From a virus, in IMG/VR virus record IMGVR_UViG_3300025010_000053, positions 6,498 through 70,497 of that record: DNA of 64,000 bases. The stretch is one strand, 5' to 3'. Under the pieces are notes generated by a model. It was not told where the DNA came from. It made no database searches and saw nothing but the letters and a program-made list of their open reading frames with translations. Shown here in pieces: positions 60,002 to 64,000 of this stretch. A program made the position numbers and the translations under genes. The first letter of the stretch is position 1, and each line of letters opens with the position of its first letter.

Positions 60002-60320
60002 CTTAGTCAAGGACGAATACCTGCTTCAGGACATTATAGCTAAAGCGCTTGACGATGCAGGGATAACTTATTCTAAAGAGTATAAACTGGCCCCGCGTAA
60101 CAGAATAGACTTCTTGGTTGACGGTGGCATTGGCATAGAAGTAAAGAAGGGGAAGCCGTATACCAGACAAGTTGTTGAGCAACTCAAGAGATATGCGGCC
60201 TTCTCTGAAATAACAGCTATTATTTTGGTGGTTGAGCGCAACCTTGATATTCCAAAAGAAATTAACGGAAAACAATGTTGCTCGTTCGGATTAAATAAAT
60301 TATGGGGGATAGCCCTATGA
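59958..60320 (+). CDS. PD-(D/E)xK nuclease-like protein
   Basis: RIDFLVDGGIGIEVKKG...QLKRY. Confidence 0.65.
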   Translation: MLNKTLTALQSIRVNLVKDEYLLQDIIAKALDDAGITYSKEYKLAPRNRIDFLVDGGIGIEVKKGKPYTRQVVEQLKRYAAFSEITAIILVVERNLDIPKEINGKQCCSFGLNKLWGIAL

Positions 60321-62068
60321 TACCAGCTTACTTGATGCAGTCAGAACAATCAGGTCAAACCTTCGGAACTCTTGATAGACAAGGTGACTACTGGCTCATA
60401 GAAGCCGATCCCTATGTCATCGAGTTTGCAAAGAGAATCTTCCCTGGGTGTAAAACAAACATTCGGGGAAGAGTGAAATTTAAAGTAACCAAACGCACAA
60501 ACGGAGATTTAAACTGGTTAATGCTCAGATACCCACTAGAAATTAAGTCAGATAAGTGGGATATCGAAATTAACAAAACCATTGAGCATGTGGCAAAGAG
60601 GCAAGAGATACAGGCAAAGCCTCAACTGGTTATACCGGGGACAGAGTTTAAGGCCGAACTAAAAGAATTCCAGCAGGAGGGACTTGCCTTTCTTTTGCAT
60701 AATAGGCGCACTCTATTAGCTGATGATATGGGTTTAGGTAAAACAGTTCAGGCACTGGCCTTTCTCTCAGAAACAAAATCCTACCCGTCACTGGTTGTGG
60801 TCATGCCCCACCTTATCAAGAACTGGGAAAAGGAAATAAGGCGGTTCGTAAAACTGCCACCAATATCGGGAAAGATGCCAGATATGTTCGAGGACGGTTA
60901 TCCGGACACGGTGCATGTTATTAAAGGATTAAAGCCTTATAAACTGCCTGCAGCAAACATCTATATTATTCATTATTTATTGCTACGGGGATGGAAAAAC
61001 CATTTACCAGAATACGGCTTTCAATCAGTCTTATTCGATGAAATACAAGAGCTACGCCACAGAGGTACTGAGAAGTATAGCGCTGCGTCTCTTGTTTCTG
61101 ATAGTTGCGAAAATGTGATTGGGCTATCGGGAACCCCAATCTACAACAAAGGCGGCGAGATGTGGAATGTAATGAACATCTTAGAATACCACTGCCTTGG
61201 AGATTGGGAGGCGTTCACCCGTGAGTGGTGCCATGGGTACGGCTCAGAAGTAGTTGTAGACCCTGGATTGTTGGGTGACTACCTGAGAAGTGAAGGGTTG
61301 CTACTTAGGAGGACAAAGGACCAGGTACTAAAAGAACTTCCGCCTAAGCGCCGGGTAGTACAGACAATAGATTTTGATGCTGGCAAGTACGGAGAACTAA
61401 TCCAAGGAGCTATTGAAAAAGCTCAGATATATGACTCCGTCAAGGAATTTACCGAAAAGGGCCAGCTTAAGCGGGAGATTGAGGGTGAAGCACGTCAAGC
61501 GACTGGAATAGCGAAGGCCGGACATGTTGCAGCTTTTGTGAAGATGTTGCTTGATGCAGGAGAGAAGGTCTTGTTGTTCGCCTATCACCATGCAGTCCAT
61601 GATATTTACACAGAGGATCTAAAGGACTATAAGCCAGTTAAAATCACCGGCCGGGAAACTGCGAAACAAAAAGGACAGTCTGAAGAAGCCTTCATGGGCG
61701 GGCTAACTAATCTATGTATAATCTCTCTAAGAGCGGCTGCCGGATTAAACTTACAAGCGGCAAATTGCGTGGTATTCGGTGAGTTGGATTGGAGTCCGGC
61801 AATACACAGTCAGGGCGAGGACAGGGCACACCGCATGGGACAAGAAGATTCAGTCCTCTGCTACTATCTCGTCTGTGAAGGTGGTACCGACGAGGACATA
61901 CAAGAGGCCTTAGGGCTTAAAGTATCGCAGTTCGTTGGACTAATGGGAGATAAGGCAGAGGGCGAGGATGATCGTTTAATTGCTCAGTCAGCAGTTGCCA
62001 AGCATATGGACAGCGTTATTCAGAGACTGAAAGAGACTGGGCAACAGAAAAAGAGAAAAGGTGCCTGA
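60317..62068 (+). CDS. SNF2-family helicase (second copy)
   Basis: DDMGLGKT, FDEIQ, LSGTPIYN, QGEDRAHRMGQ. Confidence 0.92.
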   Translation: MIPAYLMQSEQSGQTFGTLDRQGDYWLIEADPYVIEFAKRIFPGCKTNIRGRVKFKVTKRTNGDLNWLMLRYPLEIKSDKWDIEINKTIEHVAKRQEIQAKPQLVIPGTEFKAELKEFQQEGLAFLLHNRRTLLADDMGLGKTVQALAFLSETKSYPSLVVVMPHLIKNWEKEIRRFVKLPPISGKMPDMFEDGYPDTVHVIKGLKPYKLPAANIYIIHYLLLRGWKNHLPEYGFQSVLFDEIQELRHRGTEKYSAASLVSDSCENVIGLSGTPIYNKGGEMWNVMNILEYHCLGDWEAFTREWCHGYGSEVVVDPGLLGDYLRSEGLLLRRTKDQVLKELPPKRRVVQTIDFDAGKYGELIQGAIEKAQIYDSVKEFTEKGQLKREIEGEARQATGIAKAGHVAAFVKMLLDAGEKVLLFAYHHAVHDIYTEDLKDYKPVKITGRETAKQKGQSEEAFMGGLTNLCIISLRAAAGLNLQAANCVVFGELDWSPAIHSQGEDRAHRMGQEDSVLCYYLVCEGGTDEDIQEALGLKVSQFVGLMGDKAEGEDDRLIAQSAVAKHMDSVIQRLKETGQQKKRKGA

Positions 62069-62801
62069 TGAGTTTGTTAATTCAAGAGTGACTGACAGAT
62101 GGTTATGAAGTTTTGATTGGAGGTTTTAGTTTGCCTTATACCTTGTTTTGCATGACCTACAAAGAATTTTGCAGGAGAAGGGACGTACTAATCAATCTTA
62201 TATTTAGAGAAGATTTACCCTTGTGGCGCAAAGCCGAGTTTAGTTACGCGGGCGGAGTAGTTCGGAGTGATAAGAAATATCGCAACCACCGGAGCAGGAT
62301 TAGGAGAAATCTTTGGAGCGGGCAGAGGAAAAGGCAGGTGGGTAATGATGAAAATTAACTATGACGTGTTGGCACTAATAATTACGGCCAACATGAAATA
62401 TATCGGTTGCTGCGCTATCGTGCTTGCAGTTGCTATCTGGGGAGCATATGCAATAAATAAAGATGCAAAGCGACTACGTGCCAGAGCGGATGCGGAAGCC
62501 AAAATGGTTGAAGCTATGAAGCTAGTACCAGAAGTAGTTGGGTATGTACCGGGGAAGAAAAAGCGGAAGGGGAGAACTAAATGAATAGTTATCTAGACGT
62601 TTTATTTTCAGGACTTAGCAAAGGCACTCATGGTGCCGTTGGTGTGGATTTTAGGCCAGAGGAAAAGAAGGCAGTAAAGTCTAACCCATTACAAGCTACT
62701 ACGAAGAGAATGCCTAGAGAAAAGGCTGAGAAGTCGGACAGAAAGAAGAAGCATAAGAAACAGATGGCTAAGGCGTCGAGGGTGAGGAACCGGAGGTAGA
62801 C

Positions 62802-63224
62802 ATGAGCGATAAACTACCAGACAAAATTATTCCAATATCAACGCTTATAATCAACCGGGCTAAGCGTAAAACATGCCAATGTCGTAACCGCAAATTTGAG
62901 ATTGACACCACCAACAGGGAAGTAATCTGTCAGGAGTGCGGTGCGATTGTAGATCCTTACGATGCCCTGTTGAGTATAGCAACTCACTATGATCAGTTGA
63001 GTGAAGAGGTTAAATATCTCTTGGAGCAGCGAAAGAAAATAATAGACTGGGAGCCGCATTTAGTCGCAATAAGAAAACTGGAATTGATTTATAGGGGCGG
63101 CAAGATGATTCCTTGTTGCCCGCATTGCAAGAATGGATTATATGCTAACGAATTACTTATTTCCAGCATGAATAAGAAATACGAGGAGCAGCGGAGAAAG
63201 TTTAAGAAAAAAGAAGGTGATTAA
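62802..63224 (+). CDS. Zinc-ribbon hypothetical phage protein
   Basis: CQC, CQECG and CPHC motifs. Confidence 0.65.
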   Translation: MSDKLPDKIIPISTLIINRAKRKTCQCRNRKFEIDTTNREVICQECGAIVDPYDALLSIATHYDQLSEEVKYLLEQRKKIIDWEPHLVAIRKLELIYRGGKMIPCCPHCKNGLYANELLISSMNKKYEEQRRKFKKKEGD

Positions 63225-63436
63225 TATATGCTTTGGATAGTAGTGGTTTTGGTGATACTTTTGGTTGTCATATGTGTAGTCCGCAGTTCCAGAAAATCAA
63301 AGTCAAAAGGTAGTAGCGGATCTGATTCATCGTGGATGTTCTTCGACCTCTTTAGTGGCTCAGATAGTAATGGCGATAGTTGGTTTGACGGTGACGGTGG
63401 TGGAGGATGTGACTAATAACAAGGGAGGTATGGTAA

Positions 63437-63859
63437 GTGAAAGTGACTTTTAAAAACCAGCTTGACACTTATATGCAGCTAAGCGCCGGTGCTGTTGAGC
63501 ACAACCTTAATCCTGATCAGGAAGTAGTTTTAGACCTGCAAGAAGGTGATTGTTTGTATGTTGATCATCTAAGCCAGGTAAAAGTTGAGGAAGAAATTAG
63601 CGCCAATGATAACCTGAAAGAATTTTATGGTCAGGTAAGCGTTGTTGCTAGAATTAGTTTTTGCATTAAAGCCGAAAGCGAGGAAGAGGCGAAAGAAAAG
63701 CTGTTTAATGCTAATTTACCACTAAGTCTCGTTGATGATGAAGATAAACCTGTATGCGAAATACAAGAAATTAGTTGGCATATGGTAGATGAACCAACAC
63801 GAGGCAATGTTAGAGAAAGCGATCTTGATGATTTTGAGATACGGGAAGAATTAGAATAA
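63437..63859 (+). CDS. Acidic hypothetical protein
   Basis: GTG after agggagg; followed by hairpin agccagg/cctggct. Confidence 0.6.
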   Translation: MKVTFKNQLDTYMQLSAGAVEHNLNPDQEVVLDLQEGDCLYVDHLSQVKVEEEISANDNLKEFYGQVSVVARISFCIKAESEEEAKEKLFNANLPLSLVDDEDKPVCEIQEISWHMVDEPTRGNVRESDLDDFEIREELE

Positions 63860-64000
63860 CCAACAAAAGCCAGGCTAACGCCTGGCTAATACATATTTTG
63901 TGAGGAGGGCCTAAGGGTTGAAGCAGACACCTTTGTCTGAACAGATAATATCAGAAATCCGTAAACAATCAGCAGAATTAAACCAGTTGAGGTATGGTGA

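Larger units (their letters stand above)
1..64000. mobile_element. Temperate phage / prophage (tail, lysis, accessory, integrase, immunity and replication modules)
   Basis: Holin-endolysin-holin cassette, serine integrase, ImmA/ImmR/Cro switch, DnaD-like initiator with iterons, DnaC, RusA-like and SNF2 genes; no host housekeeping genes seen. Confidence 0.93.

Noticed and set aside
1-64000. CRISPR array, reverse transcriptase/DGR cassette, group I/II intron, IS transposase
   Set aside because: No regularly spaced repeat-spacer run, YxDD RT motif, intron-split gene or transposase ORF found by eye

Overview
The whole 64 kb window reads as one temperate phage or prophage of a spore-forming Firmicute (Clostridia-like RBS and promoter usage; host not determinable here). 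The order is: distal tail/virion genes (1-6.2 kb); lysis cassette of holin, C39-like peptidase/GH73 endolysin and a second holin (6.3-8.6 kb); a ~22 kb accessory region (8.6-31 kb); tRNA-Pro(CGG); large serine integrase; lipoprotein morons; ImmA/ImmR/Cro-like switch (31-35.8 kb); then a long early replication, recombination and DNA-modification region (36-64 kb). The accessory region is the most interesting part. It holds a strongly promoted operon preceded by an RHH regulator that shares an operator with it. This operon encodes a Csx3/Crn3 ring-nuclease-like fusion directly followed by an Acb2/Tad1-like sponge protein, then a SNF2-IbrA-GNAT-IbrB module. The region also carries two independently promoted copies of a small conserved RNA motif with no neighbouring toxin gene, a second tyrosine recombinase, and a VirB2/VirB4-like mini-module. 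No CRISPR array, reverse transcriptase or rRNA was seen. All family assignments come from visual motif recognition, not database searches.
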